This document shows, piece after piece, positions 41,580-42,123 of a stretch of DNA of 42,123 nt; positions within the stretch are counted from its first letter, which is position 1, and every line of letters starts with the position of its first letter. Both the position numbers and the translations under genes were made by a program. This stretch comes from a virus. The stretch is from positions 1 to 42,123 of the IMG/VR virus record IMGVR_UViG_3300045988_118927; one strand, 5' to 3'. The notes beneath the pieces are model-generated. The model saw nothing but the letters and a program-made list of their open reading frames with translations. It ran no database searches and was not told the origin of the DNA.

Positions 41580-42123
41580 AGGCTTCAACAAAGATTTAAC
41601 TTGTAGAGGAAAGCAGTACGCTGAGAATACTATTTTTGAAGAAGAAGCTGCCGAAATCTGTAAAAGCGGTATGCACTTCTGCGAAAACCCATTTGACGTG
41701 TTAGACTATTACGGTTTTGTCAACGAGAATGCTGAAATAAACGAATTTGCAGAGGTAGAGGCATTAGATGATTGCAAAACAGATGATGGCAAAAAATACA
41801 CAACAAAAAAGTTAAAAATCGGTGCAAAGATAGGCATTAGCGGACTGATAAAGGCTTTTGTTGATTTTACGTTATCAAAAGCAAAAGCAGAAGGCACAGC
41901 AACGAACACAGGCATTTGTTCGGCGGCAACGAACACAGGCAATCGTTCGGCGGCAACGAACACAGGCGATTATTCGGCGGCAACGAACACAGGCAATTGT
42001 TCGGCGGCAACGAACACAGGCAATCGTTCGGCGGCAACGAACACAGGCTATCGTTCGGCGGCAACGAACACAGGCAATTGTTCGGCGGCAACGAACACAG
42101 GCAATTATTCGGCGGCAACGAAC
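41566..42123 (+). CDS. 5' part of the wrap-around gene: Cys/His-containing N-domain followed by SAATNTGxx nonapeptide repeats (continues at 1..354)
   Basis: ggaggt RBS. The N-terminus MKGYKGFNKDLTCRGKQY...CKSGMHFCENPFDVLDYY is a recurrent phage/plasmid repeat-protein N-domain that I recognise but cannot assign a function. The ORF is open to the window end, with exactly 186 codons. Confidence 0.8.
   Translation, partial: MKGYKGFNKDLTCRGKQYAENTIFEEEAAEICKSGMHFCENPFDVLDYYGFVNENAEINEFAEVEALDDCKTDDGKKYTTKKLKIGAKIGISGLIKAFVDFTLSKAKAEGTATNTGICSAATNTGNRSAATNTGDYSAATNTGNCSAATNTGNRSAATNTGYRSAATNTGNCSAATNTGNYSAATN
41897..42123 (+). repeat. 27-bp tandem repeat array, 5' portion (8 units in the window)
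   Basis: Invariant tcggcggcaacgaacacaggc alternates with the hexamers atttgt, aatcgt, gattat, aattgt, aatcgt, tatcgt, aattgt and aattat. Confidence 0.95.

Larger units (their letters stand above)
1..42123. mobile_element. Temperate phage genome, apparently complete and circularly closing
   Basis: Carries integrase, a divergent XRE repressor/Cro pair, a RecT/exonuclease/SSB/DnaC-like block, holin-endolysin, TerS/TerL, portal, scaffold and capsid. The first 21 nt (aattattcggcggcaacgaac) are identical to the last 21 nt, and an ORF is continuous across the junction. Confidence 0.85.

Noticed and set aside
41897-42123. The regular repeat/variable pattern could be mistaken for a CRISPR array
   Set aside because: The repeat is 21 nt and the spacers only 6 nt. 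The whole array is in frame inside a long ORF and there are no cas genes.
41566-42123. A diversity-generating retroelement as the source of the hexamer variation
   Set aside because: There is no reverse transcriptase and no template-repeat copy anywhere in the genome. The variable positions are not restricted to adenine-templated sites (the codons are NAT and [T/C][G/A]T).

Overview
The window reads as one apparently complete temperate phage genome of about 42.1 kb. The host is probably a low-GC Gram-positive (Firmicutes/Clostridia type), judging by AGGAGG-type RBSs, a GH25+SH3b endolysin and a Prp/L27-leader system. The contig is opened inside a gene. The first 21 nt equal the last 21 nt, and one ORF runs off the 3' end and continues in frame at nt 1. 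So either the molecule closes into a circle or the assembly broke in a tandem repeat. Modules in order: (1) Early genes 1-4530: tail of the repeat protein, membrane protein, MazG-like protein, SNF2 helicase, DNA methyltransferase and small Cys-rich ORFs. (2) A 250-nt G-rich non-coding tract at 4531-4780. (3) Recombination and replication at 4804-9388: YqaJ exonuclease, RecT, RusA, SSB, a replisome organizer with internal iterons, and a DnaC-like loader. (4) Small early/late genes, including a DUF3310 protein. (5) Lysis cassette 11594-13129. (6) A counter-oriented five-gene accessory operon at 13169-15697 with its own consensus promoter. (7) TerS, TerL, a 603-aa structural protein, a Hep_Hag-repeat tail fibre, portal, Prp protease, scaffold, an N4-gp56-type major capsid protein, small head proteins, a 428-aa repeat protein and a 3366-aa giant multidomain virion protein. 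(8) Tandem terminators and an attP-like region with a tRNA-Pro-like core flanked by arm repeats. (9) Integrase, a sie-position membrane protein, an XRE repressor, a divergent operator/promoter region, Cro-like protein, two small ORFs and the head of the repeat protein. I saw no tRNA or rRNA gene, CRISPR array or transposase. The items most worth a second look are the counter-oriented accessory operon, the giant polyvalent-type protein, the G-rich tract, and the 27-bp repeat gene with hypervariable dipeptides that is bracketed by 21-bp direct repeats. All functional calls rest on motif recognition by eye. No database search was run.
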